Shown: positions 37,368-49,320 of the stretch, in pieces
Position numbering within the stretch: the stretch's first letter is position 1
Layout of the letters: each line of letters opens with the position of its first letter
Source of the DNA: Eledone cirrhosa
Lineage: Eukaryota
DNA length: 64,000 nucleotides
Assembly (NCBI GenBank): GCA_964016885.1
Contig: OZ024741.1
Span: forward strand, 294,686,001-294,750,000
Direction of reading: 5' to 3'
The notes under the pieces: model-generated
Seen by the model: the letters and a program-made list of their open reading frames with translations, nothing else
Told to the model about the DNA's origin: nothing
The model's database searches: none
Position numbers and translations under genes: made by a program

Positions 37368-39662
37368 AGTGACTTGGTGGTGGAACAATAAGGTAGATGA
37401 GGGAGTTAAGGCCAAGAGACAGGCATGGAAAGAATGGAAGAACGGGGGGAGCAGGTTACATTACATAGAGACCAAGAGGGAAGCTAGGTGACAAGTATAC
37501 TTAGCTAGGAGGGAAGCAGAGGATAGAAAATTCAAGCATGTTTTGCAACGTAAGGACCAGAAACAGGAGGTGTTCAAGATTGCGAGGCAGTGTGTCAGAG
37601 AGAATTGTGATGTCATTGGAGAGAAGTGTATCCGGAATGATAAAGGTGAGCTTGCCCTCACAAGTGCTGAGAAGAAAGATGCATGGAAGAGCCATTATGA
37701 TAGATTAGAATGCATGGGAAGAAGAGACCCTACCCCAAGTAGACCCTATAGAGGGGCCAGCAGTACAAGTCAGCAGCAGCGTAGTAAGTAAGGCAATCAA
37801 AGATATGAAGATGGGGAAGGCAACTGGTCCATCAGGTATAGCTGCCGAGATGCTGAACGCATCTGGGTCTGTAGGTCACACTATAACCACATGTATTGTT
37901 AACCAGGTAATACTAGGTGTCATACCAAAAGATTGGTGCAGTAGCATCATTGTCAACTGCTACAAAGGTAAAGGTGATGCACTAGATAGAGGAAACTATA
38001 GAGGTATAAAGCTGATGGACCAGGTCATGAAAGTAACAGAAAGAGTTATAGCACAGTTGATTAGGGACCGGGTGAAACTAGATGAGATGCAATTTGTGTT
38101 TGTACCAGGAAGAGGCACCACTGATGCCCTCTTCCTTGTGAGGCAGTTACAGGAAAAGTACCTAGCTAAAAGTAAGCCACTCTACCTGGCATTCGTCGAT
38201 CTCGAGAAAGCCTTTGACGGAGTTTTACGTGCTATAATCTGGTGGGCTCTTAGAAAACTAGGAGTAGATGAATGGCTTGTGAAATCTGTACAAGCCATGT
38301 ATAGGGGAGCAGTCAGCAAAGTTAGGATTAGCAATGAGTATAGCGAGGAATTTAGCGTACAGGTTAGTGTCCACCAGGGCTCTGTTCTTAGCCCTCTCCT
38401 GTTCATCATAGTCCTGCAGGCAATAACAGAGAAGTTTAAGACCGGATGCCCATGGGAACTCCTGTATGCAGATGACCTCGCACTTATAGCTGAATCTATG
38501 GTAGAACTAGAGAATAAATTCCAAACTTGGAAGCAGGGACTAGAAAGAAAGGGTCTCAAAGTCAACCTGACAGACTAAGGTCCTTGTAAGTAGACTAGAA
38601 AACAGGACCCAGATCCCCTCAGGGAAATGGCCTTGCTCAGTATGTAGGAAAGGTGTAGGTAGGAACTCCATTCTCTGCCCCAAATGCAAACAATGGGTAC
38701 ACAAGAGATGTAGCGGAATCTCAGGAAGCTTAATTAAGAATGTAGGCTTCACATGTAGCAGCTGTTCTGGGACAGCAAGCAGCAAACAGCCACAGGAAAC
38801 AAGTACCACCAATCTCTGGGAGGGCTCTGTAGAAACAGTAGACAGCTTCTGCTACCTAGGTGACCGAATTAGCAGCGGAGGTGGGTGTTCAGAAAGTACA
38901 ATAACTAGGGTAAGAACGGGATGGAAGAAGTTCAGGGAACTGCTGCAAAAGGCTTTTCCCTCAAAATGAAAGGCAGACTGTATGATGCGTGTATACGAAC
39001 AGCAATGTTACATGGTAGTGAGACCTGGGCGCTGAAGGTGGAAGACTTACATAGATTAGAAAGAAACGAAGCCTGCATGCTCCGATGGATGTGTAATAGT
39101 AATATACGCAAACGACAAAGCATAAATGAATTGAGAGAGAGACTGAGCATAAGAGGAATCAAATGCTGTGTGCAGGAGAGGCGGTTGCGTTGGTATGGAC
39201 ATGTGATGCGTATGAAGGATGACAGCTGCATAAAAAGGTGCAGAGCACTAGAAGTCAATGGAAACCGTGGAGTGGGGAGACCCAAGAAGACCTGGGATGA
39301 GGTGATAAAAGCCGACCTTACCCAATTACACCTCTCAAAGGAGATGACACACGACGTAACCTCTGGCATCATGCAGTAATACAGAGTACCCGACCTACCA
39401 TGGGTACAAGCTGAAGCATATAGACAATATGCCCCCACACCCTCCCACTGCAAGGTGGTCAAGGAGGCACCATGGCAAAAAAGCACCCGGCACTCACTGT
39501 AAATGAGATTGGTGTTAGGAAGGGCATCCAGCTGTAGAAATCAAGCCAAAATCAGTTCCTGTATGAGCAAGGTATGGTCAGCCGACCAGATACTGCCCAC
39601 AACAGGACAACCCGTCTAACCCATGCTAGCATGGAAGAACAGACGTAAAACGGTGATGATGA
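37368..39662 (+). mobile_element. Young 5'-truncated RTE LINE, same family as 20009-23105
   Basis: ORFs 37805-38578 (RT with YADD) and 38921-39379; 3' UTR and (GAT)n tail; inserted in (TA)n. Confidence 0.96.
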
Positions 39663-40906
39663 TATATATATACACACACACACACACCATATATACTCAG
39701 GTCCAAGCTGCACAGTTTTCCATGATATGGTGTGAAATATCACCTTGCATCTTAACTATTTGTCTTACAAATTCTCAGTTCAAAATATATGATACATTGT
39801 AAATATTGTATGTAAAATGGAAGTACATCTTATTTACCAGTATGACTTATATATGAGTATATCCAGTAATTTGTAATCTGTTTTCTCTGTGATACTAGGC
39901 ACTGAATATTCTACTACAAAGATCTCATTCTATATATCTTTTTTTTCTGAAACCAGCCAATTATATCTTATCTCTTTAAACATTTTCTCTTCCTATCAAT
40001 TATTTAAATCATGGAATGTGTAAATCACTTATTTGCTAATCATGATATTTTGTTACTTTATATTGGTCAAACTCACACATTTTACTGGTGACTCTGTTTT
40101 CTCCAATCACATCCAATTCTCTCGATCAATTGTAAAACAACGTTCCCTTTAGGTATCCTAATTCATTTTACTTTTACTTCTATTCAATTTGACACATCTC
40201 ATTTGGTTCCCTTTAAGTGTACTATATTTTTAATTTTGTTTTATTTTGGCTGATTTCAATGTTTTCCTAACTTTACTTGAACAGATACAGCTATAATGTA
40301 ACTTTAATTAATGCAGATCTGTCTAAATATTGATTTTTATTTTTATTTTTTTTTTTTTTTCACCATGAAACATTTGACATCATTAGTGCATGTATTTGTA
40401 TGCATGGGTGTGTGTATGTGAGGTGTGTGTGTTTCAGTATGCAGTGTGTGAGTGTGTATGTTTGTGAATAGTCATAAAGCTCACTAAATTCTCATTATAA
40501 AATCCTATTCTTTCTCTAAAAAAATCTCAGCTAATTTGAACTCTAATCGTGAAAATGAGCTTTATATATATTTCTTTTTTCTCCAGGTTTCTTATACATA
40601 CACATACTTTTCCATTAGATGCTTATTTCTTTGTAAATACCAATGTTTTATTACTTTTGTCTTTTCCCTCATTTCTTTCTTTATAACCATATTTACAATA
40701 AAAATTTTTTTCTAATTCGAAAAATTTTTATTTTGTGAATACAATAAACAAGGAATAGCCTAGTGAACCATGGACCTAGGAATATCGTAGTGAAAATGGT
40801 GAATGCATTTCTCTGGGTTAGAGAGAGGGAGTTGTGCTCAAAGTGGAAGTTCATCTCATGGGCCTTGATTATGCAGATGGCCATCTTCAATCCATACTTA
40901 TAAGTA

Positions 40907-41070
40907 CTCTCAGGTCTCAAATAATGCCCCCCCCCCCCCATACTCTTATGTAAACGATTAATTCTGGTTTTCAAAAACAATCAAGAGAGAGACAACCTAG
41001 AAAAATTATCGATTTTTCAATCCTATTGCTTATACCCCCCCCCCCCCTCTTATTATTTGGGACCTGAGAG
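40907..41070. mobile_element. 164-bp TA-flanked MITE (Tc1/mariner/pogo-type)
   Basis: TA|ctctcaggtctcaaataat ... attatttgggacctgagag|TA. Confidence 0.85.
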
Positions 41071-41696
41071 TAAACTGTTGATTTTTGGGGAGTTGGGGGA
41101 GCATATGTTCTCACCGAAGCTATCAGAAAATAACTGGCACTTTGTTGTCTCGTAATTTTCAGTCTGTTGACTGACAAACATGAGTCTGATGATGATTTTT
41201 ACCAGGTTGCTGCTGGAGAAAGTAACAATGCAGGTTACATCCCAGATTAGAGATTTACCATGCTGAAATGGGAAGATTGTGATGTTTCTCCTGTCCAGTC
41301 TTTTGCAATACTCTCAGTTCAAGCTGCAATAGAAAACTAGCTGCATCCTGAAATAATTATTGCTTTCATGCCAGTTAGAACCTTATTTCTGATGTGTCAT
41401 GTATAGTATTAAAACTGTGTTAATGAAATGAATGTATGTAGCAAACGTTTTTTTCCCACTAAGAAAATTTAAATGCACAATGTAAATTATAATAATTTTA
41501 TAAGAAAAGTTACATATTGTGGAGGAATTTTAATTCTATTGTGAATATATTTATAAAGAAATGCACTTTATATTAATTAATTCATGAAGTATTTTGAGGG
41601 ATTTACTAAAATTATTATTTCATTATTCTGATAACTTAACATAAGGACTCTTATATAAAATTATGTTGGAAGATTTTGGTCAGGATGGTATCAAAA

Positions 41697-42040
41697 CTCA
41701 GGTTCTGCTGCACGTCAGGCTGAGGAGGCCAAGCTCCTCAAATACCTGTCGCTCTCCGACAGGTTTGCGGTTGTACCCCTGGCATTGGAGACTTCTGGTG
41801 TCCTCGGCCCTAGGGCTGCGTCCCTACTCACCAACATAGGCGCTGAGCTGGCCAGCCGCAGGTGTGAACCCCGCTTTTCCAGTGCGTCTCCCTTGCTGTC
41901 CTCCGGTGGAACGCCTTCTCCATCCTGTCCGCCGGGGCTGTGGGGTGGCCCTATCGCGTAACATTCCATATTTAGGTATCTGTGTTCTCACATGTAGACG
42001 CACGTCCTTTACCATAGTGTTGTGTCCCTAAACGAAGTTT
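41697..42040 (+). mobile_element. 3' end of a CRE-clade non-LTR retrotransposon (restriction-like endonuclease C-terminus)
   Basis: From 41701: GSAARQAEEAKLLKYLSLSDRFAVVPLALETSGVLGPRAASLLTNIG..(frameshift)..LFQCVSLAVLRWNAFSIL, fitting the CRE pattern AE..K..KY..F.P.A.ET.G..G..QR.S.A..RGNA; GC-rich island. Confidence 0.85.
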
Positions 42041-42654
42041 ATTTCCTTTAATAGTTAGAATGTAATGTGTTTGTCACTTAATGATTTCTGATTTAAGCAC
42101 AAGGCCAACAATTTTGGAGGAGGAGTCAATTAAATCGACTCAATTCATTACTGATATTTTATTTTATCAACTGCATAATGATGAAAGACAAAGCTAACCT
42201 TGGCGTGATTTCAACTCAGAACATAAAGGGATGTATCTATAAGCCACAAAGCATGTTATCCATCACTCTACTGATAATACCAATCCACCAGCCTCAATTA
42301 ATGGAGAAATGCAATACATTAAGTTATCTACAATTCATCAACATTTATATGTTAAAAAAACCCCTAAGTTATCTATTGAACTTCAATGTTTTTATGTCAT
42401 TGATCCAGTTAAATGATTTTGATTTGTAGAGAGATAGTGTTACCATGTACTCCATCATTAGACAACACAGGGTAATATATCAATAGTGAGTTGTAGCATT
42501 CCTTTCTTATGCAACACCTAATTAACTAATTTATAAATTAATTTTTATAGCTGAAATAACGAATGATTTTTGGAATCTTTCCAGATTTTCTTTTTCTTTC
42601 AAATTAGTTAAATTGAAAGTACTAGGGAAATAAAACAAACACAAATGCATGTAT

Positions 42655-42692
<38 letters not shown>

Positions 42693-42938
42693 CATTAATG
42701 GGACATTCATATACAAAAAAGTAAAATAAAAATTAGTAAATCAATTTGTAAACAATTTCATGAAAGTTCTGCTTAATTAACAAATATGTGACATTTGAAT
42801 TTTCTCGTAGATGTTGCAAATTTACTTAGAAATGTATCTCTAGCTTGTTTTCTCTGAAACAGTTTCTAAACTTAGAAATGTCAGCACTCACATTTTTAGG
42901 TACATATTTTCTTCATTATTGATATTGTTGTTGGATAA

Positions 42939-43126
42939 AGGCGGTGGATTGGCAGTATCGGTAGAGGTTCGGACGCCATGCTTTGACGCATAGAGTTACG
43001 GCCCTTGCCATTCTGAGTTCAAATCCCGCCGAGGTTAACTTTGCCTTTCATCCTTACGGGGTCGATAAAATAAAGTACCAGTAATGTACTGGGTAATTGT
43101 CTGGCCTTGTGCCAATAGTAGAAACA
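42939..43126 (+). mobile_element. Young Meta-domain tRNA SINE
   Basis: A-box-like tggcagtatcgg, B box gagttcaaatcc, Meta-like gcctttcatccttacggggtcgataaaataaagtacc; 19-bp TSD attattgatattgttgttg. Confidence 0.92.
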
Positions 43127-43164
43127 ATTATTGATATTGTTGTTGTTTTCATCATTAACCTCAA

Positions 43165-44370
43165 CAGTATCATTTTATGTCTGTTTTCCAAGCTGGCATA
43201 AGTTGGAAGAGACGTTTTCAGATAGGATTATATGGTTGGCTTTCTTTCCTAATGCCAACCCTTACTGTTTGTTTGTTTTTATAAGTGACATACAAATCTG
43301 CACATGTCTAATAAATAACGTAGCCTACTCCAGCAATAGAGAGAAGAGACAAATACACACACACATATACCATCATCACTGTTTAAGGCTTAAGAGGAAT
43401 CTGAGGTGGTGTGCAGGAGAGAAGAATGCATTGGTACAGACATGTGATATGCATGGATGATGAGTGATGGGTGAAGAAGTGCCGGGAAATGCCAGTGGAA
43501 GGAAGTCATTGTAGCAGTAGACCAAGAAAGACCTGGTCAGAGGTGGTGAGAGCTAATCTCAAATCGCTGAGACTCAGATGAGATGACGAAGCAACACGGT
43601 GAGTGGAGTGATGATGAGCTGAGAAGGACCCGTCCAACCCATGCAAACATGGAAGAAGGAAGTAAAAAGAAACAATTGCACATACACATTGTTTGGGGAT
43701 GCCCTTTCTAATGTCAACCACCATACAGCATTTACTGGGAGTTTGTTCGTGGTACCAGCACTACCACCTTCTAAGGTGTACTGGGTGATTTTGTCATGGT
43801 ATCTCTATGACAACCTTACAGGATGGACGGGGTGCTTTTTGTTGTGGCACCAGCACTACCACTTTACAGGGTGAATACTCTTTGGTTGTGCTTAGCTTTC
43901 TATGCTGGCATGCGTTGGATGAGGAAATGTTTCTTCATTACTGTCCTCTTTATGATGCAGCTGTCATCCTCCACATACATCACATGTCCACACCATTACA
44001 ATCTCCTTTCCTGCAAGCTGTATGCTCAGTTTCTCTCTTAGTTCACAATGAGTTTTTCTCATTGTTCGCATACATATTACATACTTATCAGAGCATGCAT
44101 TCACATAAAGCCCTTATCTCACTTTCATACAGTAGACTGCCATTCGTACATACAATCTGCATTTTACTTTGAGGGAAAACCAGAAAACCATATATATATC
44201 CATATGCAGTTGATGGCTGAGAGAAAAATGTACTCAATACCGTAGTAGAGTTTAAATATTCATCTTTAGGCTAGATACCATTTTTCCATGCTAGCATGGG
44301 TTAGACGAGTTGTCCCATTGTGAGACAAATCAAATCAGGTGACTGTGTCTTACTCATACAGAACCGGTTC
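43165..44370. mobile_element. Cluster of decayed RTE 3' fragments in both orientations
   Basis: 43380-43680(+) GI..CVQERR..W...GRPRKTW; 43690-43870(-) 3' UTR; 43880-44180(-) LYE.C..MLH.S; 44275-44370(-) tail. Confidence 0.7.
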
Positions 44371-44399
44371 ATGTTTATTATTATTGTTTCATTGTTTCA

Positions 44400-44588
44400 A
44401 AGGGCGGTGGATTGGCAGTATCGGTAGAGGGTTGGATGCCATGCTTTGACACATAGAGTTATGGCCCTTGCTATTCTGAGTTCAAATCCCGCCGAAGTTA
44501 ACTTTGCCTTTCATCCTTACGGGGTCGATAAAATAAAGTACCAGTAATACACTGGGTAATTGCTGGCTTTGTGCCAAAAGTAGAAACA
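44400..44588 (+). mobile_element. Young Meta-domain tRNA SINE
   Basis: Near-identical to 42939; TSD attattattgtttcatt at 44377 and 44589. Confidence 0.92.
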
Positions 44589-45149
44589 ATTATTATTGTT
44601 TCATTACAATATTCTTATTATTTGATCATAAGGCAATCGATTAGCAGTCATTAGGGTATCTCAAGAAGTACTTTGCTTTTCATCCTTTTGGTATCAATAA
44701 ATAAAGTACCACTGGAATTGATTTAATCAACTTTTACCTCATGCCTAAATTAGAAATTATCAATATCATTTCATCAAATTTTGATTTGTAGTAATTATTG
44801 TATGATACTTTATGCCTAATTCAATAGAAATTGTATTTTTTCTCTAATGCTATAAATTATGGAAAGTAAAATTCATATGCAGGTTTATGAAGATTCAGGA
44901 ATCTGAAGTTTATCTTAGTGATGTAGAAAAAGAACAACAATAGCAATTTAATAGTCTGTGGAAACTGAATAACAGAAAATGACTTTCATTTTGGAGACTC
45001 TTATTAAAATCTTCTATCTTAATATCTGATTTCCTTTTTTCAATTTAGAGATAAACAATAAGATTTAGAAAAATAATTATTAAAAATGTTTGGAGAATAC
45101 ATTGAAACTCTATCTTCAATTATGTTAGGTAATCAGAAGAAAGGAAGTA

Positions 45150-45565
45150 GGTGTAAAAGTGAAACTCGCTATCTTCAATTCGGTATTTGTGTCAACCCTT
45201 ACCTATGGTTATGGGTCTTGGGTAATGACCAAAAGAATATGATCGCAAATACAAGTGGCTGAAATGGGGTTCCTCTGAAGGGTCTTTGGAGTAATGTTAC
45301 TTGATAGGATGCATAGCACAGAGATAAGAGAGTCACTTCAGATAGAGCTGCTACTTCTCCAAAGGTGGTAGTGTCAGAGTCACGATTAAAAGCTCACAGT
45401 ACACTCTGTAAAGTGTTTGATGTTAGGAAGGGTATCGAGCCATAGAAACCAAGACAAAATAAACCATATGAGCAGGACCTAATCACCTGGCCTCAGCATG
45501 CAACTGCTGTCTAACTCATGCAGGCATAGAAAATAGATGTTAAACAGTGATGATAATGATGAATG
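45150..45565 (+). mobile_element. Expander-like RTE fragment followed by an RTE/SINE tail
   Basis: LAIFNSVFVSTLTYG..WVMTKRI*SQIQVAEMGFL*RV; then acactctgtaaagtg..gttaggaagggtatc..gatgttaaacagtgatgat. Confidence 0.75.
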
Positions 45566-48427
45566 TATCCAGCTTAGATTCATGCTATCAGAACCTTGGC
45601 ACTCTTCTGTATAACATTCTTTTACCTTCTTCAAATATATTCATGACAAGTGAAATCTTAGCAGGAATAAAATTATTTTCAATCGATTTTTCTTTTGTTT
45701 TGTACTAATTAAAATGAAAAGTGACTTGTATTTGTTGTATCAACTCTGATTTTTCTATACATAGTATCGAATTTGTTGATTTTAATATTATGATGAACTG
45801 ATTGGGAAGAAAATTAATCAAAGCTATAATGTAGGTTATAATAATAGCATTAATTCATTCTAAAATAGATGAAAATCTGATAGCAATTATATTTTCAGAC
45901 ATTATCAGAAATAAAAATGTATTAATCCATTTAAAAAAATGGTAACTATTCAAATAATATTTAGCAATAAAATCAGATTTTAAACTGATGTAATGGAACA
46001 GTCAAGAAAATTTTAATTTCTTCCATAATTTGTATTCATATGCATTGATTTTATTTTGCTATGATATAATAAATGAATAAGCTACTTCTGAAAACAGCTG
46101 AAAGTTTTAGAAATATTGTGGCATTTAATTAGCTTTCAATTATTCACAGTAAACAAGAAAGTAAGAAAAAATAGGAAAAGTTGTTGATTCAAGGAATAAC
46201 TTGAAAAATTCTGTATTAGCTAATCTCAATCTTCATATTATTGATGATTGTCACGAAATCTGTAGACAGTTGCGTACTGAGTTCAGTGAAGATTTCATTT
46301 ATTTGAAACGTACAAATATAAAATACAAGAAAATATATGGGAATAGAATTTCTAAAGTGGTACTGGGGCAATAAATGCGAATAAAGGAAATATAAAAGAA
46401 AATGAATGCTTCCTTGCATTTCTTCATTTCAATAATAAATATTGACAGAATTCTGTAAAATGTGGCAAGCCAATAGATTGTGGGTTTTGTGACTGATATA
46501 ATCAATTACTTTTTTTTCATATCTCCTACACACAGAGGGAAATTGATGGACTTTTTTGTCATCAATTCATCTGATTAAAACTGAGTTTTACTATTTGATA
46601 CTTAAGGCTTCTTAAAAATCTTTCAATGTTTAACTTTTGTAAGCAAAAATAGGCACAGTATTTTTCTATATCAACATAAAGATGGATAAAATTTTAATTT
46701 CTTCATTTTTGTTTCACAAGTAGAAAAATTGCAACATTAAGAAAATAAGATACTCTCTAATATTTGAAAATAAAACAGTCAAACAAGGTAAGCAAAATGT
46801 AGAACTGTATGATCCAAAACTTAAGAGAGAAACTAGGCTTCATTTTAGAACAAATATTTACTTTTATATTCAAGAAAGTGTGTGATATGACTATGGAGTA
46901 AACTAGAATAATATTTAAATATATTCCAGTGATAAAAGCTTTTCGTATTTTCTATGAGGATCGTTTGAAGCTTGATGGTTCATTTATAGATACATTAATA
47001 TGTTAAATTGTTCAAGCTAGTTAATAAGTTGTCACAACGAAATTGGTCATAAGAGAAGATGACTCAATAATATAACAATAGAATATTTACTGAGTGATTC
47101 CTTTACCTGAACCTCTAAGTTAAATTCTGTCAATACTGATTAACTGAAGTCTTATTTGAGCCATTCATTTGATGTAAAGGATGCAATTGGTTGACATGTT
47201 AGAATACTATTGGTGATTTTGTTTCCATAATATTTGAAGTGATATACACTGGATTAGTTTATCATAATCTTGTTTTGGACCTATAAATATTGGCTCCATT
47301 GCATTCATTATTGAACTGTACCTTCCTCTGGTACATATTTACGTCTGGATGAACAAGACTTTTAAAAGGTGTGTTTGCTTATGATATAATACTGACTTAA
47401 CAGGTTGGTCTTTTACTGAACCATACATCTATGGCTTTTATTCATTAGATGGTCTGCTAAAATGTGTTAAAATCATCAGTCCAGTTGACTATAATAAGAT
47501 ACAAAAAAAGCAAGCATAATGAATGACGTTATATGTAAAATACTGTTTTAGTTTATTGTATACGATTGGTTAGCCACATAGTAATAGAACAATAGAATGT
47601 ATTGCAGAAATAGAATAAAGTGTTAAAAGCCTATTACAATTCAGAAGGTTGCAAAATCCACTGCAAAGGCATGTGGAATAAATTGTGATTATTGAGCCAG
47701 TAAATATTTCATGGTTGTAAAGAAATATAACTATACTGGTATTTTGTCACAGTGAAAAATGGCTAAGAATATATATATTTATATATTATTTTACTGGTTT
47801 CAGTTTTTGGAATGTGGTCATGCTGGGACAACCATCATGAAGGAATCAATCATATCAACACAAGAATTTATTTTATCAATCTCTCTGTGAAGTTATGTTT
47901 CAGATATATAAAAGAATATGAAGTATGCAAGATTGTAATTGATTTAGTTAGTTAAACCCTGTGTAAGGACTTTAATTCATTTGATTAATGGATTATAAAT
48001 ATTGTCAATTGATGCAAAGATAATTATAAGTTACTAATCACAAAATGTTTATGAGAGGAGACTTAAAATCAATAAATTTTTATTCTACAACTTTTGATAA
48101 TGATCTAAAATGGCTTACAGCAGAAGCTTATGTGAAAGCATCGAATGAAATATATGCCAAACAACTTTTGTCATCTTGATTTAAAAGACCAACGAAAATC
48201 TAGATATATTTCTATAGAATTGAACTGTATTAGATCATGTTTGTGATTTTAATGCTGTAATGGCTGAGGAAAATAAATCTTCATTTATATGAGATTATTT
48301 TAAACATTATTCAAACCAAATTACTAGAGAATAAAATCTTAACATTGAACATCAGAGCTTCCATTACAATTTGGGGGGTTGGGGAGGGGGCTTACGTATA
48401 TATACTGTGCATTATTATTATTAGCTC

Positions 48428-48644
48428 AGGGCAATAGATTGGCAGTATTGGTAGAGCATCAGACAGCATGCTTTGCTGCATAGTTATGGCCCTTTACGTT
48501 CTGGGTTCAAATCCTGCCGAGGTTAGCTTTGGGTTTCATCCTTATGGGATCAATAAAATAGAGCACAAGTAATGCACTGAGGTCGATTTAATAGACTTTT
48601 CCCCCTACCTCCAAATTTCTGGTCTTGTGTCTATGGTAGTAATC
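48428..48644 (+). mobile_element. Meta-domain tRNA SINE (longer, older subfamily)
   Basis: Same head and core as 42939; TSD attattagctcag. Confidence 0.85.
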
Positions 48645-48984
48645 ATTATTAGCTCAGACATTTTTATCACCTATAGGAGACAAAGAAAGAATTTAAAAAC
48701 ATGATCATACTAACATATTTAGAGTCAATAGAAAATCAATGTAGTAAAAACCAAAGAACAAGTATGAAACAAATTATTGGAAGGGCTTACGCCCCAAAAG
48801 TCCCTTAGCACTGGAACGTTTGAACAAGCTGCAAGTCTGTAACAAACTCAATCTAACGCAGAGTCATATCTAATGCCGGCCTCTTCTATGGGACCCTCTG
48901 ATGTTAATGAGGGTAATTTAAGTGAGAAATTTAAACATTCTGCTGCAGTAAAACCTAGACCTTTTTCTTCTGTGACAACTTTAA

Positions 48985-49320
48985 GGATCCACTGTTGTGC
49001 CTCCTCTTCTTGCTCTTGCTCGATGAGATTGGAGTCATCCTAGAAGCATCATCGTGTGTAGAACCAAGCAGGTCCACCAATGCCCTCCATCGTTGGTGGG
49101 CCCATGACATCCCCACTTCATCCTCAAAGATGACATCGAGCCTCTGGAGATCTTCTTGATAACATGCAGCTATCTGGTGTGGGGCCTGTTACAGGGCCTC
49201 TTCCAGCCTATAGCTGCTATGTTGAATGAGAGTAAGGCGCTGGTAGACTGATCTGGTGGCAGGTGGAGGACATGTCTGTACCAGCACATGCAGCAGATGG
49301 CTATGAGGTGGAGTCTGTGA
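48985..49320 (-). mobile_element. Decayed RTE 3' end
   Basis: Minus-strand translation CWYRHVLHLPPDQSTSALL..GWKRPCNRPHTR*. Confidence 0.7.

Noticed and set aside
40561-40600. Strong acceptor-like tttctttttctccag|gtttct
   Set aside because: No matching downstream donor or convincing open exon; such tracts are frequent in this AT-rich DNA.
42939-43040. tRNA-like A and B boxes (also in other SINE heads)
   Set aside because: No complete cloverleaf; they are SINE heads followed by Meta/V/CORE bodies and flanked by TSDs.
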